Positions 1-10,092 of a stretch of DNA of 64,000 nt are shown in pieces. Source of the stretch: Candidatus Methanomethylicia archaeon (lineage in GTDB: Archaea > Thermoproteota > Methanomethylicia > CALHIW01); assembly GCA_038845975.1 (NCBI GenBank), contig JAWBQF010000004.1:72020-136019 (forward strand), in the 5' to 3' direction. Each line of letters opens with the position of its first letter. Within the stretch, counting starts at the first letter, position 1. Both the position numbers and the translations under genes were made by a program. A model generated the notes under the pieces. The model worked only from the letters and a program-made list of their open reading frames with translations, searched no databases and was not told the origin of the DNA.

Positions 1-1
1 T

Positions 2-1150
2 GATGAGGCTGTAGCTTATGCTGTTAAGCAGTGTGACGTTGATGTTATTGCTGCATATCCCATTACACCACAGACAATCATTGTTGAGAGAATTAGTGAT
101 TTTGTTGCTAACGGTGAAATAGATGCTGAATATGTATGTGTTGAATCAGAACATTCAGCTCTCTCCGCATGTATTGGTGCAAGTGTAATGGGTGCTAGAG
201 TATTTACTGCTACAGCTAGTCAGGGTCTAGCTTTAATGCATGAAATACTCTATATAGCTTCCTCTCTTAGGCTACCTATTGTTATGGCTGTTGTAAATAG
301 AGCCTTATCTGCACCTATTAATATTCATGGAGACCATTCTGATATGATGGGGTCTAGAGATTGTGGATGGATTCAAATTTATACTGAAAACGCTCAGGAA
401 GCATATGACACTACAATTCAAGCATTTAAAATTGCTGAAGACCCCAATGCATCTCTACCTGTAACTGTTAATCTTGACGGTTTTATAATTTCACATTCAA
501 TGGAGAGAGTTGAAATCCTAAATGATGAAGATGTTAAAAGATTTCTCCCACCTAGAAAACCTTTATATAGACTTGATGTAGAAAACCCAATAACTATTGG
601 GTCACTATGCTTTACCGATTACTACTTCGAGTTTAAAAGACAGCAAGCCGAAGCCATAGAGGAATCATACAAGACAATAATGAGTGTTATGAATGAATAT
701 AGTAAAGCATCAGGTAGAAGCTATAAGTTTATAGATACATATGGTATTGAAGATGCTGAGGTACTGATTGTCTGCATGGGAAGTACATGTGGAACTGCTA
801 GATTTACAGCTAAAAGACTAAGAGAAAGAGGAGAGAAAGTAGGAATTGTTAAGGTATCACTATATAGACCGTTTCCAAGTAAAGAAATAATTGAAGCTAT
901 CAAAAATGCTGAAGCCCTGGTTGTTATGGATAGAGCTGTAAGCTTTGGGGCTCCCTCAGGACCGCTATGCTCAGACATTAAAAATACACTATATGATGCT
1001 GGATTAAGAATAAAGATTTTAAATATAATCTATGGTCTTGGAGGAAGAGATGTCTCACAAAGTGATGTAGAGCAAGCGTTTAAGCTAGGCTTTAAATTAA
1101 AATCAGGAGATGTAAAAGATAAAGTCTTATGGCTAGGGGTGAGAGAATAA
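2..1150 (+). CDS. porA: Pyruvate/2-oxoacid:ferredoxin oxidoreductase alpha subunit (5' end outside window)
   Basis: The frame is open from position 2 (DEAVAYAVKQCDVDVIAAYPITPQT...VESEHSA) and continuous with the 188..1150 ORF. Motifs ATASQGL, NRALSAP and YGLGGRD. Confidence 0.95.
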   Translation, partial: DEAVAYAVKQCDVDVIAAYPITPQTIIVERISDFVANGEIDAEYVCVESEHSALSACIGASVMGARVFTATASQGLALMHEILYIASSLRLPIVMAVVNRALSAPINIHGDHSDMMGSRDCGWIQIYTENAQEAYDTTIQAFKIAEDPNASLPVTVNLDGFIISHSMERVEILNDEDVKRFLPPRKPLYRLDVENPITIGSLCFTDYYFEFKRQQAEAIEESYKTIMSVMNEYSKASGRSYKFIDTYGIEDAEVLIVCMGSTCGTARFTAKRLRERGEKVGIVKVSLYRPFPSKEIIEAIKNAEALVVMDRAVSFGAPSGPLCSDIKNTLYDAGLRIKILNIIYGLGGRDVSQSDVEQAFKLGFKLKSGDVKDKVLWLGVRE

Positions 1151-2070
1151 TGGTTACCCTTAGGGAATTACCAATTGAGGACTATATCGTATCTGGACAT
1201 AGAATGTGTGCTGGATGCGGATCAGCTATTGCTGCAAGAATGGCTTTAAAAGCTGCAGGACCAAATACAATTGTTGTAAATGCTACTGGATGCCTTGAAG
1301 TAGCAACAACAATTTATCCATATACTTCTTGGAGGATTCCATGGATACATGTAGCCTTTGAAAATGCAGCTGCTGTTGCAAGCGGTATTGAAGCAGCCAT
1401 AAGAGTATTAACTAGGAAAAACTTGATGAAACAGAAGCCCAACATCATAGCTTTTGGAGGAGATGGAGGAACCTTTGATATAGGAATTCAAGCATTATCT
1501 GGAGCATTAGAGAGAGGACATAGATTCCTATACATATGCTATGATAATGAAGCCTATATGAATACTGGAATACAACGTAGTGGAGCAACTCCACTTGGTG
1601 CTGCTACAACTACAAGTCCCTCAGGCAGAGTTATACCTGGTAAGAAAGAGTGGAAAAAGGACTTAATAGGTATCGCTGTTGCACATAATATTCCATATGC
1701 AGCTACAGCATGCATATCATATTGGAGTGACTATATTAATAAGGTTAAAAAGGCCTTAAGCTTTAATGGACCTACAGTTATCCATGTTCTTTCACCATGC
1801 CAGCTTGGATGGCGTTTTGATCCTAGTGAAACAATAAAATTAGGTAGGTTAGCAGTACAAACCAGGATATTCCCAATATATGAGGTTGAATATGGTAAAT
1901 ATAAATTAAATATTAATGTAACAAAGCCTTTACCAGTTATAGAGTATATAAGGATACAGGGTAGATTTAGGCATTTACTTGAACCACAAAACAGCCATAT
2001 TATTGAAGACATACAGAAAAACATTAATTTACAGTGGAATCGTTTACTTAAACTTTGCAGTATAGAGTAA
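1150..2070 (+). CDS. porB: Pyruvate/2-oxoacid:ferredoxin oxidoreductase beta subunit
   Basis: HRMCAGCG, TPP-binding GGDGG...YDNEAYMNTG and SPC motifs. The ATG at 1150 overlaps the porA stop (TAATG). Confidence 0.95.
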   Translation: MVTLRELPIEDYIVSGHRMCAGCGSAIAARMALKAAGPNTIVVNATGCLEVATTIYPYTSWRIPWIHVAFENAAAVASGIEAAIRVLTRKNLMKQKPNIIAFGGDGGTFDIGIQALSGALERGHRFLYICYDNEAYMNTGIQRSGATPLGAATTTSPSGRVIPGKKEWKKDLIGIAVAHNIPYAATACISYWSDYINKVKKALSFNGPTVIHVLSPCQLGWRFDPSETIKLGRLAVQTRIFPIYEVEYGKYKLNINVTKPLPVIEYIRIQGRFRHLLEPQNSHIIEDIQKNINLQWNRLLKLCSIE

Positions 2071-2281
2071 TCACATCTAAATTCAATACCTATTTTAATA
2101 TCTTCATTTATACAAATAACTTATAATTTTTACTTGAAGTTTTGTATGATAGACTGGTTTAGATACTACTTCTAATGTTATTAGAAATTTAACCTTCAAC
2201 TACTGTTAATATTATAGTAACATGGTTATCAAGCTTAATAATTAGCTAAAATTTAATATTTATATGTAGTTTAGTGATGTT

Positions 2282-2905
2282 ATGCTTGAAAGACTTTCAT
2301 GCAGTATTTTAGCTGGTGGAGATTCAAGTAGATTTGGATCTTATAAGGCTTTAGCAATAATTAATAACAAGTTTTTAATAACACATATTATAGCTAAGCT
2401 TATATCTCTAATACCAGACATAGTAATTACTGTAAGTAATGACAAACAGGAGAGAATGTTAAGAGATGCTATTAAAGAATTTAATGTTAGAATAGTTATT
2501 GATAAGCCTTTAGGAATTAAAGCTCCTATTGTTGGCTTCTATACAGGACTTATTGAATCAAGAAATGATTATGTTCTACAAGTTGCTTGCGATATGCCAA
2601 ACATATCAATAAAATGTATTAAGTATATGTATGAGGAAGTAATAAATCATAAGTATGATGCAGCTATACCAAAATGGAATAACCATATTGAGCCATTGCA
2701 TGCTATATACAATAGAAAAAAAACTATTAAAGTAGTTGAAGAAGTATTGTATTTAGATAAAAGACTAGATTTTAGAGCAGTAATAGATAAAATTAGTAAT
2801 AAAATATTCATTCCAATTGGTGGAAAATGTCCTGAAGAAACATTCTATAATATTAACTACAAATATGAATTACTAAAACTGAATCTTCACTGTGATGATT
2901 ACTAA
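2282..2905 (+). CDS. mobA: Molybdenum cofactor guanylyltransferase
   Basis: LAGGDSSRFG..KA, ACDMP and EPLHAIY motifs. Confidence 0.88.
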   Translation: MLERLSCSILAGGDSSRFGSYKALAIINNKFLITHIIAKLISLIPDIVITVSNDKQERMLRDAIKEFNVRIVIDKPLGIKAPIVGFYTGLIESRNDYVLQVACDMPNISIKCIKYMYEEVINHKYDAAIPKWNNHIEPLHAIYNRKKTIKVVEEVLYLDKRLDFRAVIDKISNKIFIPIGGKCPEETFYNINYKYELLKLNLHCDDY

Positions 2906-3286
2906 TAGTAGGCTCTAGATTTCTTTAAACTTAAGCATTCTTAATTATTTCATCGTAGGAAAATTCACGAATCCATTATTTCTAGTCATTTTCATAGCAT
3001 TAAACCATTAACTTAGAAGCATTGAATCACATAGATGAGACTATAGTAAAGTAAGATACTGCTATATTTTCTATTTTATGTTGAAGCAGTTCTTCAATAG
3101 AAGGCTCTTATTCATATCCAAAGTTCACTACTATCTTTAAGATAAATTCTCAATAGAACTATATTATGAAATAGAATAAAAAGATTATATTTGATTTAAT
3201 GTTATTAACCTAAAGAAAGATTAAAGATAGAGAATGAAGAACATCTATAATTAAGTGAGAAATGAAATTATATACTTTTACGTTCC

Positions 3287-3900
3287 TTAATAAGATTTTG
3301 TGGTTGCTAGTATGCAGATTATTTCTAGGATTTCCATTACTGCTTTTATTGAGTTTATGTTTCTTGATCTTCTACATGTTTTGAAGGCTGTTAAATATAG
3401 GCTTACATTATCCTTACATATTTCTCTATGTATTGTTAGCTATTGTCTTAGTATTGATGCCTTATTCTTATAATTATTTACATGGCATTTATCTTTAATC
3501 CATTCACCATCTGAATGGTCTACGTATTCATGAATATATCCTAGCTTGCTTAAGCCCATGTACAAGTTGAAGCTATCCATGTATATCGTTGAGCTCTTCT
3601 CAACCCGTCTACCTAAGATCTTAAGAGCTGCTTGGATTCAACATTGCTTAATGGAACATAATCCCCTGCTCCTACCAGCGATTATGAATACGTTGGCTTA
3701 TCGTAACTCCATAACCCACGTCTTCTCATACTCCAGTCTTGATGGTGTTTACTATTCTAGGTTTGGTCTTATAAGATATGCACCATTAAACTCAATCTTA
3801 CCAGTCCGTACTTTTAAAGAGAGAATTATAGTAAATATATGGTTCTATGGAATTGCTTGGAGTTTTGCTTAAACATGATTAAATCTACTAAGAGTAAGTA
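3287..3900 (-). pseudogene. Decayed IS1595-family transposase
   Basis: Minus-strand translation GRRVEKSSTIYMDSFNLYMGLSKLGYIHEYVDHSDGEWIKDKCHVNN...SILRQ*LTIHREICKDNVSLYL matches the ISXO2-like DDE C-terminus. It has stops and frameshifts; boundaries are approximate. Confidence 0.75.
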
Positions 3901-4249
3901 ATGGATTCTTCTTTCTTAAGAAGTTTCTAGCTTCTACTCTATTAGGTTTTATCAGCTGTTTCCCAGTTGCCTTGAAGATATACTACATGTCATAAAGCTC
4001 CAACATTTACACATTTTAACTTCATTTGCTGGTTCAGATGTTACAGTTTCCCATTTTTAGGGCTTATTAATCTTGAAACGTGTTTGTCACACTGTTATTG
4101 GTATGTTTGTGTTGGTTTATATGGGGTTTCAATCCTTATAGTTTATGTGTAGAGTTACTTGTAGGGTTTGTTTAGGGTTGAACCTCTTATTAATTCATGT
4201 TTAAGGGTTATTAAGCCCTTTACAGTTTAAGTTGAAGTTAGCTGGCGGC

Positions 4250-4811
4250 TTAATAGATTATTATCTTGACTTAATCTTTAGAGTTTCTTAACTGCTCATG
4301 GATTCACATAAAAGCCTATGGAGATATTGACATATGCTTTCAGAATTAGAATAGATTTAAGGTTATAGCGTGGATGAGGATGGAGCTTATGGGTAGTAGA
4401 GTATTCATGTTTTATAGTTGGTGTTGAACGTGAATTAATATTTGTAACAGTCTACGTAGTCGTACAGTCTTAGAAGTATTGATGATTGTTGGAAAATTAG
4501 GTTTGATGTTAAATACGTAAATGATGAAGGGTCCTAGTATAGATGTTTGAATGGATTAAGCAAAATAACATGAAAACCTTAGAATATACTTGAACAAGTA
4601 TTCAAATCATTAAACATAGAATTAAAAAATTCAATAATTTCAAAGGAAAATAACAAGAACAATAAGCTAGCTACATAGCTTCACATACATACACAACCTA
4701 ACAACAAGCATAAAACAAGGAGTGATGATAGTGTGGCAAACATCTTGAAACTACCTTGTGAGCTCAAGCAATCAATTACATGTACTTCTCACATCTAAAG
4801 TTCACAAAGCC
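4250..4811 (+). mobile_element. Decayed IS6-family element
   Basis: Fragments such as ILEQVFKSL / RIKKFNN. It ends in ATCTAAAGTTCACAAAGCC (4793-4811), 18/19 identical to the IS end at 47314-47332. Left boundary uncertain. Confidence 0.55.
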
Positions 4812-4971
4812 CTTAAGGCTATTTAATCTCAGATATTCATTCAACATTGTAAACATTGTCTAAATAACAATTTCAAAAATATCTTATCCTTTCAATACTA
4901 TTTAGACTTGTTCATTCATTTCATAACTAAAGTTAGGATTTCTAAGCAGAATTTTATAACGGCCACCATGA

Positions 4972-5889
4972 CTATTTAGTAGCACGACCACATCGAGTAC
5001 AGAAAACAGAGCCTTCAGGTATTTCAGCTCCACAATAGCTACATTTTACATATTTTACTGATGGAAGTAATGTAAATCTCCTCTCTCTAATACCTTCATA
5101 TTTCTTAGCTACTAGAACTGCTACTTCAAGCAGTATAATCATAGGTATGAATAGTGCTAAATCAGCTAATGGACCGCCATTAGGTGTTATAATCGCTGTA
5201 AGTATAAACAATACTGCATATATGTATCGTCTTCTTTTAGTTACAATGGTAGTATCTATAAAGCCAAGCTTTACAAGAATAACAAAGATAACTGGTATCG
5301 TAAATGATAGTCCAGTCATTAAAACTGTAAAGAATATTACATTGTAGAAATCAATTACAGAAATGAATGCTTGAGCACCAACTATATAATAGAATGGAAG
5401 CATAGCCCATATTAAGAATGGACATAAAATGAAAAAGCCGAAAAGCCCACCAACAATGAACAGTATTGTGAATGAGGTTATGAATGGATATATCATTTTT
5501 CTTTCATGTGGATATAGAGCAGGATCTATAAACTTGTAAGCCTCATACGCTATAACAGGCATAGATACAATTACACCGAATAATATTGATGTTAAAACAT
5601 AAAGTTCAAGAGGAGCAGTAATCTCTACAGCTATAAGCTCTATTCGAGTTGAGTTTAAGGAATGGAATAGAAATGAGGATTCTAAAATATATGATCTAAT
5701 ATTTCTAAGAATTAAGCCTATTAAAGGCTCATAGAAGCCTAAAGGATCCTTTATAAAGTCGATGTTTGCCGGAAGAACCATCATTGCAATGGATGACATT
5801 AATAAACAGTATACTACGACTTTTAATCTAGCCTTAAGTTCTTCAATATGCTCTGAGAAAGCCATTTCATTAGACAATATAGACCACAT
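4972..5889 (-). CDS. tatC: Twin-arginine translocase TatC with C-terminal zinc-ribbon extension
   Basis: HIEELKARL, YKFIDPALYPHER and AIITP motifs with about 6 TM helices. The tail is CSYCGAEIPEGSVFCTRCG. Confidence 0.92.
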   Translation of the reverse strand: MWSILSNEMAFSEHIEELKARLKVVVYCLLMSSIAMMVLPANIDFIKDPLGFYEPLIGLILRNIRSYILESSFLFHSLNSTRIELIAVEITAPLELYVLTSILFGVIVSMPVIAYEAYKFIDPALYPHERKMIYPFITSFTILFIVGGLFGFFILCPFLIWAMLPFYYIVGAQAFISVIDFYNVIFFTVLMTGLSFTIPVIFVILVKLGFIDTTIVTKRRRYIYAVLFILTAIITPNGGPLADLALFIPMIILLEVAVLVAKKYEGIRERRFTLLPSVKYVKCSYCGAEIPEGSVFCTRCGRATK

Positions 5890-6014
5890 TAAATGCTATC
5901 TACACTAAGGTTTTAAACTTTTAGGCCTAGCTTAAACATGACTTATTTTCAATAATATTAATAAAGCTGTTTAAGCTAAGCTTAAGATTAGTTAAATTGC
6001 GGTAAACTACTAAA

Positions 6015-6299
6015 CTACCTAGCACGTGTCTTCTCAAGTATTTCTTGTACTATTTGTTCACGTGTTTTACCTTCAGTTTTTATACCGAGATTTTTAGCAA
6101 TTTCTATTATTCTTTCATCTGTTGTTGAAGATTTTTTAATTTCATCCTCAATACCTTTAGAAGCCTTTTCAAACTCCTTCTTCGCTAGTCCTATTGATCT
6201 AGCAAGCTCCGGAAGCTTCTGAGGACCCCATAGGAATATAACTACTATTAACACAATCACGATAATCCATTCCCAATTCATTATCGCTAACGGTATCAC
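6015..6299 (-). CDS. tatA: Twin-arginine translocase TatA/TatE
   Basis: Single TM helix followed by WGPQKLPELARSIG.AKKEF; next to tatC. Confidence 0.92.
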   Translation of the reverse strand: MIPLAIMNWEWIIVIVLIVVIFLWGPQKLPELARSIGLAKKEFEKASKGIEDEIKKSSTTDERIIEIAKNLGIKTEGKTREQIVQEILEKTRAR

Positions 6300-6468
6300 A
6301 ATTCCACCTAAATATAACTTTAGAAAGATGAATTTAAACTTATCTATCTTAATAGTTAATTACTTATCATACTAGACTTAAATTAGAAGTTGTAAAGCAA
6401 ATTAAACTATTTAAACTTACATATTGGGTGTTTTAAATTGTTTCATGCTAGATATGATTATTAGTGAT

Positions 6469-6720
6469 ATGATGTTACTGGACTTATCAGATTTAATTAA
6501 TAAAATTGATGAGTTCTTTAACGCTCTTGAACAGATAGCATCAGAATTTTTCACTCGTGCAAATCTACTTATCTTAGCAATTGCAAGAATATCCTATATT
6601 ACGTTAGCTACAGCCGGCTTTCTATTGTACTTTTCAGGTATTGATAGGTATAGAGGGAAAAATCTGATGATAGGTGGACTAATCTTAGCATTAATAACAG
6701 AGTTTATGGGGGCAGCATAA
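6469..6720 (+). CDS. Small two-TM membrane protein, possibly pilin-like
   Basis: ORF track 6424..6720. The ATG at 6469 lies about 30 bp after TTTTAAAT. Two hydrophobic helices flank RYRGKNL. Confidence 0.65.
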   Translation: MMLLDLSDLINKIDEFFNALEQIASEFFTRANLLILAIARISYITLATAGFLLYFSGIDRYRGKNLMIGGLILALITEFMGAA

Positions 6721-7319
6721 TTATACATCTAAAGTCACTATGGTGTTACATCTAACCTATATCTTATCCTTAAAAGCTAACCATTTTTAGCTTATTGGAA
6801 ATATTCTTGTACTCTTAACTTTAGCCTTCTCCTCATAGCTTAGATTCCTGCACTTCTAAGGTCTTCTACAAATTATTCCAGTATCTTTAAGTATATTTCA
6901 TACATGACCCTTATCTCTTAAAGTCTTTTACTAAGTGCTATAATGGAATCCTAACATCTCGGTTATTTCTAGGTATAAGACTGAATCTTTAGAATTAACC
7001 ATACTCTTTCTACTCTACTTGCTTATCTTTACTTTCATCTTAATTTTAAACTTATTCTTGGGAAATTATACACTTTATAATGCTCATCCTATTTGTATAT
7101 GCCTTCTAAATATAAGCTTTGATAAGATTCCTGTATGAGAATCCCATCAGATCTCACTATATGTCCCTTCTATACTCATGAAATCTTGGTTTTACTTAGA
7201 AAGTCTTTTAACACTACTTTACTAATCTCAGAAAACATAAGCCTCTAGATCCCTAAAATATAGTATTCTAGCAAATATGTAAGCATCATATTAAAATGGA
7301 CTTAACTGATTACACTAAT

Positions 7320-7772
7320 TTAAATGCTAGAGTGATTAAGCTGCATTAATGTCTCTACTCTACTTACTACTCTATACATATTCCAGTATACAGTTTTAGT
7401 TAGTTTAACAATTGCTGATGCCAATAATTCAGCTGTAGTTCTATCAAGGATTTCACTCACGCTTAAACCATTAATTTTACAGATAGATAGTAATTCCTCA
7501 CATACTCTAAATATTAACCAAGACCTTAATAGTATAACTTTAACATACTTTCCCTCATACTCTTTAAATAACCTAACAGTACTAGCCAGTAATTTTCTAA
7601 AAATTTCTTCATTTATATGATTACCATCTATGTTTAGGAGGTGTTGAAGATGTTGAAAACATAGCTTAATACATTCATTAGAGTTTATAACAGCATCTAC
7701 AAATTGTAGCTTATTTAATTTTCTCTCAGCAATGATTAATACTTCATAAGCTTGGTCAAAAGCAGCAGTCAT
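7320..7772 (-). CDS. Hypothetical protein, possibly HEPN-like fold
   Basis: 150-aa helical ORF whose N-terminus resembles HEPN helices 1-2. No RxxxxH motif. Confidence 0.5.
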   Translation of the reverse strand: MTAAFDQAYEVLIIAERKLNKLQFVDAVINSNECIKLCFQHLQHLLNIDGNHINEEIFRKLLASTVRLFKEYEGKYVKVILLRSWLIFRVCEELLSICKINGLSVSEILDRTTAELLASAIVKLTKTVYWNMYRVVSRVETLMQLNHSSI

Positions 7773-8150
7773 CTTAACTCTACTGAAGTTCTCATTAGAG
7801 TTTATATAATTACATCAAACTAAGCATAATTATAAGTTAACATATTATCACGCATGAAAGTTACTATCATACCATAATGTAATTATATTAACTTTACTTG
7901 GAGATGCTTCTTCATTCTTAGAGAGGATGTTTATGATTATCCAAGTTCTGAATGTTTACCTCATATAATAGGAAATTCTAGTAATTGCTTATATACAATA
8001 TAGCTAGATAAGATTATCCGGTAAAAAGCATTGTAAATTAAATAAATGGTCTTGTAAATAGTTAGTAAGCTTTTTAATCATTAAAGAATATTATAGTAGA
8101 ATTATAGATACATAGTGATAATTATATAGTATAAGTTAAGTATACTGATT

Positions 8151-8654
8151 ATGAGGAAATGGAAGGCAAATATACCGGAATCAGAAGGAACATACATATT
8201 AGTTATGGAGGTAGCTAGTGATTTTAATATTAAGATAGGATGTCTTGGAAAACATGAATTAAAAGAAGGAATATACATGTACGTAGGTAGTGCTAGAGGA
8301 CCTGGTGGATTGAAAGCTAGGATTTATAGACATTTAAGATTAAATAAAAGAATAAGATGGCATATAGATTATTTAACGGTAAATCCAAAGGTTAAGATTA
8401 AAGCTGTATTTTACCTTAAATCCAAGACTTTACTTGAAACCATAGTAGCTAGGAGATTGCTTAGCAGTAATTTTTTTGAAGGAGTAATAAAGGGATTTGG
8501 ATGTACTGATAGGAAAAATAGCTATACACATCTGTATAAGTTGAAGAATATAAATTCAATTGAAGAATTAATGAAAGAATTAATGAGAATAGTTGGAGAT
8601 ATATGTCGTGGAGAACAAGGATTCATAATTATTAACGACACTACGTTGGTGTAA
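8151..8654 (+). CDS. GIY-YIG/Uri-superfamily nuclease (DUF123)
   Basis: GTYIL, GIYMYVGSARGPGGL..RI.RH, RWHIDYL and GFGCTD...THL motifs. Confidence 0.88.
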   Translation: MRKWKANIPESEGTYILVMEVASDFNIKIGCLGKHELKEGIYMYVGSARGPGGLKARIYRHLRLNKRIRWHIDYLTVNPKVKIKAVFYLKSKTLLETIVARRLLSSNFFEGVIKGFGCTDRKNSYTHLYKLKNINSIEELMKELMRIVGDICRGEQGFIIINDTTLV

Positions 8655-8667
8655 GATGAGATAAGTA

Positions 8668-9408
8668 TTAGCTTTCACTCATCCTAATTCTTTTTACCTC
8701 GTTTATTATCATTAAAAACGGTGAAGCATATATATGTACTAGTGGGCTAAATGGAACATACATTACTAGAGTCTGTACAAGTATTGAATGAAATAATAGT
8801 AGGTTAATGTCAGGTATATGTTCTAATCTTAATGTGAATCCTGGAGGTATTACAATTACTTTTTCCTCAGTAATAAATGGAGAAAACCTCATCAAATTCC
8901 CAGTTACAATCACTAAAATTAACAAAAGAAGAACAATATAATTACCTAAACTTGAAACTGATCTTAAATAAATTAACCTATACATTACTAGGATTATTAG
9001 TGCTGTCATGACTACAATTCCAAGTATTGTTGGAAGAGTATATTTAAGAAATTCCTTAGGCGCTATCCATGTAAACCATTCTAGGGACCATACTCCAAAA
9101 CCGCGAAGATGCCCAAATATTATGAAAAGCACAGGTATATGAAAAGCTATCCAAGACACTATCCAAAGCTTATATGAGCCTCTTAATAGCTTAAACTGCA
9201 ATACATATCTTGAAATAGTTGATATTAAAGATTGTAAAACAATGGATAATGTTAACTCTTTAAGTGGTAATACATTATCCCTAACAAAAACGCTATATGT
9301 ATGCTTAATCCATGAAGATATTTTAAGAGTTACACCTAAAGTAAAAACTATATAAGTAATTAATGGGAGAATTCTAAACGTAACTATTTCCAGATACTGA
9401 GAAAGCAT
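8668..9408 (-). CDS. NarI/DsrM/HdrE-family membrane cytochrome b
   Basis: About 5 TM helices with four heme-ligand His (AFHI, FGHL, LFHS, LVHI) and a PFSPLVH motif. Confidence 0.85.
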   Translation of the reverse strand: MLSQYLEIVTFRILPLITYIVFTLGVTLKISSWIKHTYSVFVRDNVLPLKELTLSIVLQSLISTISRYVLQFKLLRGSYKLWIVSWIAFHIPVLFIIFGHLRGFGVWSLEWFTWIAPKEFLKYTLPTILGIVVMTALIILVMYRLIYLRSVSSLGNYIVLLLLILVIVTGNLMRFSPFITEEKVIVIPPGFTLRLEHIPDINLLLFHSILVQTLVMYVPFSPLVHIYASPFLMIINEVKRIRMSES

Positions 9409-9521
9409 AACTACACAACTAGAAGTAGCTTATAAAGTTACTTCTTTCACACCTATCTCATTAACTTAAGCTATCAACTACACATATACTATACATGTGA
9501 AACTCAAGAGTCTTCATATTT

Positions 9522-9800
9522 ACCTTATGAACTTTAGCTTTATTTTAGTTTCTCTCTCTTATTTATGGTGTCAGTATGGTTAAAGTTGTTAGGTCTGTTA
9601 GCGAGAACTCCATTTACTATAGCTTTATGATGCTTACATATTTCCATTCATGTTCATCTAGAATGGCTTCGAATATTTTAAACTTCATTACTACAGGAGT
9701 TGTACATCTATATTATGTCTTACTTTAATCTCTCTATTTGAATTTAATAATAATGTTAGGTAATTACAGTTAATGATACAGGTTTAGGGAATAGTAGCTT
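9522..9800 (+). mobile_element. 5' fragment of IS6-family element (same family as 46636..47332)
   Basis: TTATTTATGGTGTCAGTATGGTTAAAGTTGTTAGG...GAGAACTCCATTTACT...CTAGAATGGCTTC aligns by eye to the reverse complement of about 47090-47332. Confidence 0.75.
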
Positions 9801-10092
9801 AATGGAGAGAATAATATATTAGAATTGATAAAAATGTATAAGTAACTATTTGATTTCACAATTCATGTATTCGTCATAAAGAATCCTTCCTTATAATAGT
9901 TTTAGATATTAATAGTTTAGTTTCCATATTCTGAATTCATATCTTCACCTAATAATTTTAAGTATATTAGCACATATCCAGGATGAAGTGGAGAAATCTA
10001 CATAGAAATTATTGACTCATAAATACTTATATTTTAATGATGGATGGAAATGATGATTTTGGATAGTAAAGTTGTGGAGTTAAAAAATTCAG

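Noticed and set aside
3546-3872. 108-aa plus-strand ORF
   Set aside because: Antisense shadow of the IS1595 relic.
4126-4155. GTTTCAATCCTTATAG resembles the start of a CRISPR repeat
   Set aside because: Single occurrence, with no regularly spaced copies and no cas genes in the window.
4060-4218. Possible MITE bounded by GGGCTTATTAATC / GGTTATTAAGCCC
   Set aside because: The inverted repeat is imperfect, no target duplication or second copy is seen, and it lies among IS debris.
6750-7260. Possible decayed IS5-like transposase on the minus strand
   Set aside because: Only a weak GFHYST-like fragment; not enough to call by eye.
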